From: Vitrella brassicaformis CCMP3155
Lineage: Eukaryota; Protista; Chromerida
DNA: 64,000 bases
Assembly: GCA_001179505.1 (NCBI GenBank)
Contig: CDMY01000376.1
Location: 186,001 to 250,000 of the forward strand
Direction: 5' to 3'
Part shown: in pieces, positions 49,334 through 60,868 of the stretch
Numbering within the stretch: position 1 is the stretch's first letter
Layout: every line of letters begins with the position of its first letter
Notes under the pieces: generated by a model
Databases searched by the model: none
What the model saw: only the letters and a program-made list of their open reading frames with translations
What the model was told of the DNA's origin: nothing
Made by a program: the position numbers and the translations under genes

Positions 49334-50331
49334 ATGAGCATGACGGACATGACGCTGTTGATTCACACGGCGTTGGGACCGATAAGCCAAGGCGAGTACG
49401 TCGAGGTGCAAGCGCAGGAGGGCGAGGACCAGTCGCCATGGCTGGCGCAGGTCGTCGGCTACCGCGCCGAGGACGGCATGATCGAGCTCCAGTGGCTGTA
49501 CAGCGCTGCCGATTGGAAGGGATGCAACCCCGAAGACCCCGCAGCCAAATACCTCGGCGAGCGGGAGTACATTCGTGTGACTGGAGAGAACAGCCGCGAC
49601 TGGAACCAGCCGGGATGCCTCAAGCGCAAAGTGACCGTCCTGCCCTACCACGAGTACCGCACCCTCACGCAGCCGCCCACCACCACATGGTTCTATCGCG
49701 TCGAGTGCGACCCCGAGGCATCCAAGTACCTGCTCGACCTGCCACTGGAGGTCTATGACCGGGCGGAGAGGGATGGGGAGGGCGATGAGAACGGCTTGGT
49801 GCTGGTGCCAAGACACCCTGACGAGATCCTCTGCCACTGCTCGGAGTCCGACCGCACCTTTCATCCGCGATGCGTCAAGGCGGGTGTCCGGCAGGCACGC
49901 CTCAAGCCCGCCCCCTGCACGCCCGACGAGGAGGTCACGTGCCCCTTCTGCAAGAAGTCCGACCACCAGCCCGACAACGCGAGCGACGCGGCACAGAGTG
50001 GTGCGGCGGATGACCAGCCACTGCCGCCGTCCAAGAAGCTGCGGCTCGATCTGCGTGAGGCCCAGAGCATGTCGGGGAGCGATGGGGGGCTCGACTCGTC
50101 GCGCCACGGGCACAGTGTGCGGTCGAGCGGGCTGACGCCGCACGATGGGCTGCGTGACAAGACGGTGGCCAAGCTGGCCAAGGCGCTGGAGGACGGGCAG
50201 AGGGAGATGGAGGGGGCGGGGGAGGCCGCAATGGCTGAAATCCGTGATGTGACGGTAAGCGGGCCGACGAGCCACACGCATTCACACTCATGTATGTATG
50301 CATTGGCCCTTCATATGTATGTTGGTTCCTG

Positions 50332-50362
<31 letters not shown>

Positions 50363-51722
50363 GTGTGTCAGGATTTTGCTCGGTGTGTTGAGGAGGCCAT
50401 GTTCGGTCACTATCAGGGCATCACCAAAGAGTACAAGGAGCGCGCCAAGAGCGTCTGCTACAATCTGAGTCAGCCCGCCAGCCAGCCAGCAACGCAACAC
50501 CACACACACACACCCCTTCACAGCCACTCATGTGCTTCTCTCTCGTGTCCGTTGTGTGTTGGGTTGATTGATATGATCAGCCGGTAGCAAGTTTGCGTCG
50601 ACCCGCCGCAGAGTGCTGACGGGCAACCTCAGCATCGTAGACCTGGCATGGAAGGCCGACTCCCGGGTCAGCACGCACCTTACACAAACTGCACACGCAC
50701 TTGTGTGTACACGTGTGCTGTCCGCGTGTGGTCGGTGTTTGTGTGTGCAGAAGCTGGCTCCCGACGAGTTGCAGCACCAGCGCGAGGAGGCCGATCGCAA
50801 GCAGCTGCGTGACATGATCATTGAGGAGCCGGTGGCCAAGTACCGTCTCACCCACAAGGGCCTGGAGGTCATCCAGCAGGACAACAACCCGGCCCTCGCC
50901 GTCCCAGGGGCCGCCAACAACACCAACAGCGGCGACGCCAAACAGTCCCCCGCACCCTCCCCGCCCCACCATGAGGACGAGCACGCGGCCGGCATGATGG
51001 ATATGGACCTGGAGGTGAGTCCCCGCATGGCCAACGGGGGTGGCGAGAGTGACAGCCTCTTCGGCAGCATGATGGACAGTGAGCTGGGCGAATCGCCAAA
51101 AGAGTCGCCCAGGGAGAAGAAGGTCAAGAAACCCGTGGCCAAGAACAAGAAGACACCGGCGGACCAGGGCAAGGGGGCAAAGAAGGAGAACAATGGCAAG
51201 GCCGGCACAGCCAAGCCGGCGGCCAACGGTGCCAAGCAACAGCAGCATCAGCCGCCCTCACATCAGCGGTCATCCCCCACACAGGCCAAGTCATCCACCG
51301 TGCTCCCTTCGCCCAAGGCGGCCAAACAGCCCCCAGCCCTGGGCCAGTCGCCCCTGTCGTCTGGTGCTGCAGCTGCCGCCCCTGCACTGCTCCACCCCGA
51401 CTCTCCCGCATACTCGGACCAATCGCGTGGCGACCGGTCACTCGCACAAACCCCACGTCCCGCTGATATGCCTCCTGCCAACCCCGCCCCGCCACCCGAC
51501 CGCCGCATTGACCGACAGGTCAGCAGCGGCAGCATGGGTGGGGGCCGGGATGGTGCTGGGGGTAACGCCGAGAGTCGGATGGACTGGTCGCTGGTGGCGC
51601 AGAGGGGCGGGGAGGGTGTGGGTCCCGAGCTGAGGAGCCTGGCCAAGTACGGCGGCAAGGACATGGTGGACCGGCTCAAGACGGTCTACAAACCTCTGCC
51701 TTCCACCACTAAGCAGACGTGA
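49334..51722 (+). CDS. Chromatin/transcription protein: BAH domain + degenerate PHD-like finger + TFIIS central (TFIIS-M) domain + disordered tail
   Basis: BAH: GEYVEV..SPWLAQV..IELQWLY..LGEREY..CLKRKVTVL..WFYR. Finger: HPDEILCHC..FHPRC..CPFC. TFIIS-M: LRDKTVAKLAKAL..VEEAMF..EYKERAKSVCYNL..RRRVLTG..LAPDEL. Confidence 0.85.
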
Positions 51723-52803
51723 GCGACTACCATGGGATCAACACACACGCACGAGAAGGAGACAGTCAGGTGCATTTCTCTCTCTGTATGTGTGTATGTG
51801 TTGGTCCATGCAGATTGTGTGGGAGCGTTGATGAGTACATCTCGCAACGCCGCGCTCAGCCTTTCGACACCCCAGGATGAGGGAGGGAGGGAGGGAGCAG
51901 GTCAAGGGGGGGATGGGACGCTGCGGATGTGATGCGTGTGATCTGATCCCGTGTGTGTGAGTGTGGGTGTGTGGGTTTTGGATGAAGTGTGTGTGTGAGT
52001 GAACGAACGTTTTAAAGGAATGGCTGGATGGAAAGGCCTGCCTGCCTACCTTTTTTCTTTCTATCCACTGATCGATATGCCGCTGCCTGCCTGCCTGTCT
52101 GTGTGTGTGTGTGTGTGTGTGAGACGGCCTGATTTTGGTTGAGAGAGCCTGGCGCCGCAGCTGAGGCCGTGTACAAAGTGAGGGTGTGGACGGATGGATG
52201 GATGGATGGGCGGAGTGTGTCTGTGTGTGCACTGCAGGCGTGCATGCACACATGACATGCAGACACGCGTCACGTCCGTCCAGCTGAGGTAGATTACAGG
52301 AGGGGAGGCTGACAGACAGGAGGGCAGACAGGCAGACACTCCTCTCTACTCTTCTGGTGCTCATGTCGCTGGCTGGCTGGCTGGCTGGCTGATTGCGTGT
52401 GTGTAAGTGCGGTTACGATACATGGACTGTTGGATGGATGGATGGATAAATGGCTGATGACTCTTATGCAGCAATGCATGAATCCACTGCATTATTCTCC
52501 CACGTGCAGCTCAGTTCAACCGTTTTCGCGTCTACAGGTCCATGTGTGTGACGGCACCAATCATGACCGACCCCAAGACTATCACCCCATAGCCGCAACA
52601 CAGGCGTCCAGCAGGGATGATCACCTTGAAGTCACACCCACGCAAGATGCAATTCATCTCACATCACCGACACAAAACACATCCAGAAGTCATCCCAAAA
52701 CAAGACACTGAAAAACCCCGCTGTGCTGTACCTACAACCAGGACGGCCCGCCTCATCTTTCCCCTCCCCTCCCCGGTCAGCTGCACTCACTGCACATCCA
52801 GCT

Positions 52804-53103
52804 TCATCCATTCCTCCTGACTTTGAGCTTCTCGATGGTCTTCATGTGATATCGATGCTCGTGTTCCTCCCGCCACCATGGGTGTCGGGGGTACTGCTTG
52901 CCGAGTAGCCAGGGGGCCAGGTGCTTGGGGATGCCTCTGCTGCGGGGCGGCGGGACGGACAGCGCCTGCTTGTGCCGCGGGTTGGCGTTGCAGTCCACGC
53001 CCATGATGGGCACGTGCCACTTGCGCACAACATACCGGCACGACGGGCAGAGGAGCGTCAGAACGCCTCGGTGCCACATCAGCAACACGCCAGACAGCTG
53101 CAT
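52804..53103 (-). CDS. MRPL36: Mitochondrial ribosomal protein bL36m-like with a C-terminal extension; 5' exon(s) unresolved (possibly up to about 53270)
   Basis: VLTLLCPSCRYVVRKWHVPIMGVDCNANPRHKQ matches the L36 zinc-ribbon pattern CxxC...C..NPRHKQ. Confidence 0.75.
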   Translation of the reverse strand: MQLSGVLLMWHRGVLTLLCPSCRYVVRKWHVPIMGVDCNANPRHKQALSVPPPRSRGIPKHLAPWLLGKQYPRHPWWREEHEHRYHMKTIEKLKVRRNG

Positions 53104-53466
53104 AGCGACAGACAGGCGGCCGGCAGCGCCTTGGGCAGTGCTGGGTGATGTTGTCGTCAGTCAGGGTAAGTCAGGGAAGCACCAGATGCGAGATTAACTG
53201 GACGTCATCGTCGCCGCCTGCAGAGATCAGCGTCGCCCTCTGAACAAGGAAACGAAGCAGCGCGTCCGTTGGCGAAGCTTGGCGCATCGGATCCGCTTAC
53301 TGATCTGGAAAATCCGTTCTGTCCTCTGCATTTTGAGATTTTGAGACCGGCAGGTCAGCTGGACGATGGATGCCACCAGTGGATTGGGCCCTCGCCCACT
53401 GAAGTGTAAGGCTCCTGTGGCTACCTCCAATGTGTGTACTCACTGGGGGGAGAGTCGCAAGCTGAG

Positions 53467-56043
53467 ATGTCCTCCCCCCGGACACCCTGCTCGCGCTTCC
53501 TGCCCTCGAGGGTGAGGGACGACACACAGGGCACACACAGGCACACACAAGCCTCTTTCCCGTCTTCTTCTTTTGCAGCTTTGTTGGCGAAGTGACCGAG
53601 AGGGAGTGTGTGGAGGTCGTGGTTGATGAGGGTGGGGAGGGTTGGGAGGTGTTTCGGGTCAAGCAGCAGTATCGGCCGCTTGAGGGCGACTCTGTGTTGG
53701 GGCGGGGAGCCTTTGGCACTGTCGCGTGAGTCGAGCAAAACAGTTAGCCGGCCACAGATGTGGGTCAAATTGTCATTCCCCTTTGTGCTTGCAGGCCTTT
53801 CTATGACACTCTCAACGACCGTCCTGTGGCCATCAAGAAGCTGCACAATCCATGCCTTGGATCCCTCAGCGCTTTGCTGTCGGCAGTGCGGGAAATCAGA
53901 TGCCTCCAACAGCTTCAGGCCTCAAAGTAAGGATTGAGGAGCCACGCGACTGACCATTTCTGCTTTCCATTGTCGTGTGTTCAGGTGTGGGTCGATTCTT
54001 CGTCTGTTGGACGTGTTCGTTACAAGGGCAGAGCGCCGCAATGATGACTGGGGTGATGGTTGTGATCTTGCGTGGCGAGCGATGGAGCACCCACTCGACG
54101 ACAGAGACATGTACAGGCAGAGACACATGGGATGCTACGTAAAAGAGACAGACACGTGTACGTGTCGTTGTTTTTGTGCGATCGATCCATCAGCTATCTG
54201 GTGACCGACATGATGGATGGGTCGCTTCACGATCTGCTCCACCACATCCGATGCAGCGATGGACAGCCCCTGTCAATACCAGACGTGAAGTCGATGGCCT
54301 GTCAGCTCGTCGAAGCACTCGCCGCGATGCACCGACTGGGCCTCATGCACAGAGACCTGGTGCGTAAGGGAGGCGACACCACAGCGAGACGAGTGGCCGC
54401 TTCGCCCATGTCTCTCTCCCCCTCTGTCCCTTGCTTTGTGTGCTGTTGACACTTACAACAGAAGCCCCAGAACATCCTTCTGAGGGACGATCAGCTGCAG
54501 GTGGCCGACTTTGCGTCCTGTCGGGTTACGTCTTCCCGTCTGTACGAGACACTCGGTCGCCCGCTGCCAGAGCACTCGCCCGTGCCCCCGTTCTGCGAGC
54601 GGCCAACGGATGACGACCAAGCGGGAGGAAACGTGACGCCGGGCGACCAGGTCACCACACTTTGGTGAGCAACAAGACCGACCGCCATGAGCTGAGCGAC
54701 TTTGTATGACAAGCAGCACACACATCCATGTGTATTGTGGGGATTATCAGGTATCGTGCGCCAGAGGTGTTAGCGAGCGCGATGGAATACGACGAGAAGG
54801 GTAAGCAGCATGTCAATGATGTCATTTAAAGAAGAGGCAAGACAAGACAAGACAAGACACACACACACACACGCCTTTCTGCTTCCCCCTGTCCTCTCAG
54901 TCGACATGTGGGCGGTGGGCTGCGTGCTGGCCGAGATGCTGGGCGCACCACCCCTCTTCGCATCGGCAGACCCAAAGCTGCTACGTAAGTCAACCAATCC
55001 AAACGACCCAAGCAAGCAGCTCGACACACATACATGTACTCATCCATCCATCCATCCGCATGTGTGTGTATGCAGCTTTCAGCCAGCTGACGTGTATCGC
55101 CAACCTGATCGGGCCGCCGACTTCAGCAGATCTGAGATACTACGCCCAGAATGTTTCCTGCGACCACGACGCCGCCCTGGACTGGTTCGAAAGACACTGT
55201 GTGTCGCCCGCCAAGCCCCAGATGGCGCTGCACGAGGTGCTGCCTGCTGATGCCGACCCCCAGGCCGTCGACCTCGTCAGAAGATGCCTCACATACAACC
55301 CACATGATAGAATATCGGTCAGCAAAGCATCGCGTGTATTACGAGGGGCGCGCCTTTCTCTGTATGGTCTCTGTATGTGTATCCATCCTCGTTCTGTTTG
55401 CCCTTGCAGTCGTCTGAGGCCCTCCGCCATCCCTTCTTTGCTGACGTGCCGGAGACGTCGCGAAATGGCAACGAGGTCAGTGAGTGAGTGAGTGGTGAGA
55501 CATGATGTGTCGCACATGACATAGTCGACCACACACAGGTGCGGTGCCTCCTGCAGACGTCGCCTGGCCTCAATCTGGAGAGCTTTGTGTTCGAGCTGAC
55601 ACTGGCGCCTGGCTGCACGGACCCACTGCCAGACCTCGAGAAGGCATATCTACTCAAACGTGTGTAGCGACACACACAGCAGCCGTCCAACCCACCCTGC
55701 ACGAAGGCGCGTGCCAATCCAATCCATTGGTGCAATGCATGCCTGTGCATCAGATGAGCTCCTACGCACGTTGGTGTCCATCCGCCGGTTCGGTGTGAGC
55801 GGCAAGGCGCCAGACACCAACACGCTCTCGCCTCCCTCGCCGCCAAGACACTCGAGCCGCCACCTGTCAACATCACACCTTGGCGAGCCGCGATGGTTTG
55901 TTTTCAATGATTACCTGGGCGACACGCGCTCAACTGCCAGCAGCAATATCAGTGAGGCAGACGAAGGGCAGAGAGGGCGCGGCAAGGGGGGCGGGAAGGG
56001 CAGAGCGGTGGGCCAGCTGCTGCGGCGTATGGTGGGCAGATAG
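53467..56043 (+). CDS. CMGC-group Ser/Thr kinase (MAPK/CDK-like, atypical); start uncertain, first clear exon about 53579-53725
   Basis: LGRGAFGTV, VAIKKL..REIRCL, YLVTDMMD, MHRDL|KPQNILL, VADFA, VTTLW|YRAPE, VDMWAVGCVLAEM, DLVRRCLTYNPHDRIS|SSEALRHPFF. Confidence 0.9.
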
Positions 56044-57655
56044 ACAGACAGACAGATGGATGGATGGATGGATGAAAGTGCATTAGATTGTGTGCGTGTC
56101 TCTAGCCGAGAGCGAGTGTTTCTGCCTGCATTAATTCAACATGCACACCACACCACACCCGCCGCCGGCATTTCTCGATCGGGGGACCGAGTTGATTTTT
56201 CGGTATGTGTCTGTGTGTGTGCACTGCTTTGGGGAAGAAATGTATGCATGTGTGTCGACAATGAGTATGGCAGTCGAGGACGGAAATGCCCTTGACTGAC
56301 CCCATGGATGGATGGGTGGGTGGGTGGGTGGGCTCTCTATTGAGAGGCTTCTCTCCGGGGTGTGTGTGTCTGTGTGAATGACTTGCATGTCGTGTGTGTG
56401 GGGAGAGCAAATGCATTGATTTAATACGTGTGAGAGACAGACAGAGGAAGGCTTCCTCCTTTCTGCTGCTGTACATGTGGGTTCCCTAATTCACAAAAGA
56501 AAGACCGAGTGAGTGCACAGTTGTTTTCGTGCTCATTTCTCGTGGGTGGGTGGGTGTGTGAGTGGGTGTGTGGTTTGCTGGGCTAACTGGGATGGTGAGT
56601 CCATTGGGAGGGACCCCAGAGGACCAATCACTGCCTGTAGGCGTCCCTACTTCGACTCGACTTGCCTGTTGATTCCCCCTGCCAACAAATCTATGCCTGT
56701 CTTTCGTTGGCGTGCATGTGTATGTGTATGTCTGTCTATTGTTCGTCAACAAGACGACTGACGATACATATGAATGCATGGACTGGACGGATAGGTAGGT
56801 AGCATCCGTGAGTGGCCCGGCCCCGTCATTCCATTGCCGACCGACTCAGCGTGGGTCGGGTCGGCAATGTCAAGCCTAGACAGACTGTGCACACATTCCA
56901 ATCCATCGGCTAAGTGTGTCTCCTCCTTTTCATATGTTTGTTGGCGTGGATGCATTCACTGCGTCAACAGACAGACGACTGTTAACTGTACAACAGACAG
57001 ACAGAGTCCACGCCTCTCCGTCACGTGCACGTGTCGATAGTATGTATGTATGTATGTATCTCTCCATGCCATGTGTGTACAGTGAGTACGTACGTGTGGG
57101 GTGGGGACTGCACATTCGCTCTGCCTACACTGACTGACTGCATGTTCGAACGAACGGTGCGGTGTGTCGGTCAAAACCTCTGGCTGCATGAATTGCCTGC
57201 CGCCCTCCTCTCTCTCTCTCTCTCTCTCACTCTCTCTCGTCTACGGCACGGCACGCACACACAGAAAAACCTACCACTCCCTATGTCACATCATCATCAC
57301 TCATCCAGCCGCCACGCCACGCCACCCGACCAAAAACAGCTAGCTGCCCACAGGCGCACCTCATCGCAGTCATTCACTCGAGTCAGCCAGCCCCCAGCCT
57401 CTCAGACGTCTGTGTGGCGTTCCGTCGGTCACATGACGCTTGCAGCACTCAGCAACACCTGATTATTGCACACACAGACACACACACAGACAGACGCACA
57501 CACACTGAGAATGGGCACGTGCATCTTCGGCTGAGGTTGCCAATCACTCACCTCTGACGTGATGCCTCTACACCGTGGGCAGTCCTCATTCTTGCCAGCT
57601 GCACACACACACACACCCACACACACACGCACACACATACATATACACCCCAGCA

Positions 57656-58067
57656 CTACCACAGCATGCCTGCCTCCCTCTCCGTCTCGATCCCTCTCTC
57701 CACCACAGCAGAGTGCTCACCTCTCTCGTCCACAAGTGCTGCGTCTTCGTCAGCCGGCGGCATGATCAGCGGCGGCGGCCTCTTGAGCGCGTTGTGGTGC
57801 CTCTTGGCGATGACACGCGGCATCGAAGGGTCGGTCTTGTCCATGACGGGGTTGCTGATGGGCTTGTTGACGCACCGCGGCAGACAGGCCACGTAGTAAG
57901 CCGGGTCGTATGTGGGGTCGGGCGGGGCCTTGCCGAACTCAAATCGACAGGAGAAGTCGGTGTAGTTGGGTCGCATGAAGAGGTCGACGCCCATGTCTTC
58001 TTTGAAGAACTGCTGGGTGGGGACCTTGCAGCCATTCAGACACAGTGACGCACACCTGAAACACTCA

Positions 58068-58101
<34 letters not shown>

Positions 58102-59073
58102 CAATCACCTGACCAGATCTCACGCCCATCAGTGCATGTCAGTGCAGTACTCACCCTGACTCCTCGAGGTATCTGCATCGTTTGATGAGCACCCCCTCCC
58201 CCCTCCCCACCGTGCCGTCGTCGTGCTCCACGTCGCACACCTCGGCGTCGCCCACCAGCCAATAAGACACCTTGGTCGTGAAAAAGGCATTCAGCCTCCG
58301 CGAGATGACCGGCAACGGCTTCGCGAAATACTCGCGAAAGGCCGCCGGCAGCCACTTGGGCATCATGCCTGTTGCCCAAGAGGGAGAGGGAGAGAAGGAT
58401 CCATCAGATGAATGTGGTGTCCGTGGTTTGTGTTGGCTGCATTCCGTGCATACCCGCGATGATTCGCCTGCTGGCTGCGTGGACTTGGCGCGGGTCTGGG
58501 GAGCGGAATATGACGTCGCGGACCATCTCGACTGTGCCCTTGAAGGACTCATCAGGATGCATCCACCTACACAGAACCACACACGCACACAACCAAGTGC
58601 ACACGTAGACGCCGTGATGCCCGCGAGCAAAACAGTCGCCTCCCGTACCCGGCCTCCTCCGCCACTTGTTTCCTGAACAGCCTGTGCAGGAATCTGTCTG
58701 TGCGAGAGAAGGTCTCGTCACCGTCGTCGGGGCGCGGATCTGATGGACCTGTCGGCCGCTGCAGCTCCGGGATCTCAACCGGCGATACCTGCACACCACA
58801 TGCGGCCATGGATGCGTGTATCCAAACACATATTTGATGCGTGCTGCATTGACTTACTCGCGGGGATGGCGTGTCGTCCTTGACCCGTGTGGTGGCAGCC
58901 GACAGCCTGCTGTTCCATCTCCTGCGCAGAGGGCTGAGATCTGCAGGGCCTTGCCTGAGTGGCGGCCGATGAGGCGCGAATGCTGCTGACAGCAGCCACC
59001 GACGTGCAAGCAGCAGCCTGAGGACGGTCAGGGAAGCTGTGAACAGTCGTGCCGTAAGGGACGACGCCTTCAT
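57656..59073 (-). CDS. D27: DWARF27 (DUF4033) beta-carotene isomerase-like protein with a bipartite plastid-targeting leader
   Basis: DRFLHRLFRKQVAEEAG, LNAFFTTKVSYWLVG..EV, GVLIKRCRYLEESG|CASLCLNGCKVPTQQFFKEDMGVDLFMRPNYTDFSCRFEFGKAPP. The leader ends LSAAF-APHRPPLR. Confidence 0.92.
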
Positions 59074-59372
59074 GACTGTTGCAGAGGGCGGGTTGGAGTG
59101 CTCAGATTTTGAGCGTTAACGTAACGGAAAGCGACCAGAACGTCTGATCTTGAGTCTACCGTATCAGGAGAGTGCTCAGACCCCTCTTTCCATGGCGAGC
59201 TTTCTCTGCGAGCTTGAATGTGCGATGAAGCAAACGACTTAGTCGGCTCGCGGTGCTTTCCTCCAGGCGAGCGCATCTGTTGGACCTACACCTTCGCTGC
59301 TGAGTCCTCAGATCTCCCTTTTGGCGACAAATCTCTTAGCCTCGGCCATCGCATCTTCGCCTGAGCCTCGAG
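59074..59372. promoter_or_regulatory. Putative bidirectional promoter (D27 / ER p23)
   Basis: GCGAGCTT twice (59195-59202, 59208-59215), GAGTGCTCAGA twice (59096-59106, 59170-59180) and CAGATCTCCCT (59309-59319). Confidence 0.6.
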
Positions 59373-60506
59373 ATGAGGAGTGGCGTTCGCCTACCCCTAC
59401 TACCCTCCGACTGCTCCTATTTGATCGCATTTCGCCCCATCTCCCTCGTTGTGGCCGTGCTGCTCTTTCTCTCGAGGCCGCTGCGGCCATCAGCATCGAG
59501 TGCATATGACCGCTTCCACGACGAGGCGGACGCCAAGACTTTCTACGAGCAGCACATTGACGACAAGATCGTCCCTGGCGACCTCGAGAGCGTCATCAAG
59601 CGGGGCTGGTTTGACCTCGGGGCGCAGCTGATCCTCAAGTCGCACGAGCAGGGGCTGGACATGGCTGCCGAGGTGCGTGCTGCGGTGGCTGAGGTGCGCA
59701 AGCAGGCCGACGAACTGATCCGGCTGCTCAACAAGCAGCACAACGACATCCAGGTGATGTCACCGGCCTTCCAGTGGGCGCAGAGCGCCAACCATATCTT
59801 CCTCAACATCAAATTCGCATACCGGTTCAACTCGCCCGGCGCCCTCTCGGTGGAGAATGAGAACGTCACGGCGACCGACTGCTGCTTCTACTTTTCGGGC
59901 ATCGGCACACACAGCTACCTCAAGAAGAAATACGAGCTCAACCTGGTGCTGCACGAGCCCATCGACCCCAGCAGCACCGAGTGGTCCTTCGGGTCGGTGG
60001 GCAAGCTGACGGTGACTCTGAAGAAGCAGCGGCCGACCAAGTGGAAGCGGCTGACCAAATCGACGCAAAAGATCCCAAATATGCACGTGTGGTGGGAGAT
60101 GAAAGAAAAATACGCGGCAGAGGTCAACCGGCTCGACGATGACGACGACGACAAGAGCACCGCCGCCAACGCATCAGCGGCAAAGTCTGCTGCTAACGGC
60201 AGCAGCAGCGGCAGCAAGACCCCCCCGGCACAGACAAACAACAAGGCAGCAACACCACCATCCTCACCACCGTCACCCATCCTGAGCCAGCAAGACAGCG
60301 GCAAGGGCGACGAGAGGGCAGCAGAGCCGCCATCCACACCACCAGAGAGCGAGCGGCAGCCTCAGCGGAGGGAATATGACGACGAGGCAGAGGAAGAGGA
60401 GGAGGAGCTCGAGGAGCCCAATGGCAGTGAAGACGATGAGCCCTCACAGCTGTCACAGGACTCACTGCCGCCAGTGAATGGCAAGGCGGCCAAGGACGAG
60501 CTGTGA
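59373..60506 (+). CDS. Intronless CS/p23-like (HSP20-fold) co-chaperone with a signal peptide and C-terminal KDEL
   Basis: Hydrophobic ISLVVAVLLFL leader. PAFQWAQSANHIFLNIKF..YELNLVLHEPIDP..GKLTVTLKK..WKRL..NMHVWWEMKEKY (CS domain). Ends AAKDEL*. Confidence 0.88.
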   Translation: MRSGVRLPLLPSDCSYLIAFRPISLVVAVLLFLSRPLRPSASSAYDRFHDEADAKTFYEQHIDDKIVPGDLESVIKRGWFDLGAQLILKSHEQGLDMAAEVRAAVAEVRKQADELIRLLNKQHNDIQVMSPAFQWAQSANHIFLNIKFAYRFNSPGALSVENENVTATDCCFYFSGIGTHSYLKKKYELNLVLHEPIDPSSTEWSFGSVGKLTVTLKKQRPTKWKRLTKSTQKIPNMHVWWEMKEKYAAEVNRLDDDDDDKSTAANASAAKSAANGSSSGSKTPPAQTNNKAATPPSSPPSPILSQQDSGKGDERAAEPPSTPPESERQPQRREYDDEAEEEEEELEEPNGSEDDEPSQLSQDSLPPVNGKAAKDEL

Positions 60507-60568
60507 CGAAGCTGTCACGGGCAAGGGCAAGGTGAAGGAGGGGGAGGGGGAGGGAGGTGGGAGGGGCG

Positions 60569-60868
60569 NNNNNNNNNNNNNNNNNNNNNNNNNNNNNNNN
60601 NNNNNNNNNNNNNNNNNNNNNNNNNNNNNNNNNNNNNNNNNNNNNNNNNNNNNNNNNNNNNNNNNNNNNNNNNNNNNNNNNNNNNNNNNNNNNNNNNNNN
60701 NNNNNNNNNNNNNNNNNNNNNNNNNNNNNNNNNNNNNNNNNNNNNNNNNNNNNNNNNNNNNNNNNNNNNNNNNNNNNNNNNNNNNNNNNNNNNNNNNNNN
60801 NNNNNNNNNNNNNNNNNNNNNNNNNNNNNNNNNNNNNNNNNNNNNNNNNNNNNNNNNNNNNNNNNNNN
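60569..60868. other. Assembly gap (300 N) in a G-rich tract; the flanks share a 17-nt duplicate
   Basis: GGGAGGTGGGAGGGGCG ends the left flank and begins the right flank. Confidence 0.95.

Noticed and set aside
56100-57650. 1.5-kb region between the kinase and D27 as a possible hidden gene
   Set aside because: Dominated by (TG)n, (CA)n and (GATG)n repeats with only short unbiased ORFs; consistent with two 3' UTRs.
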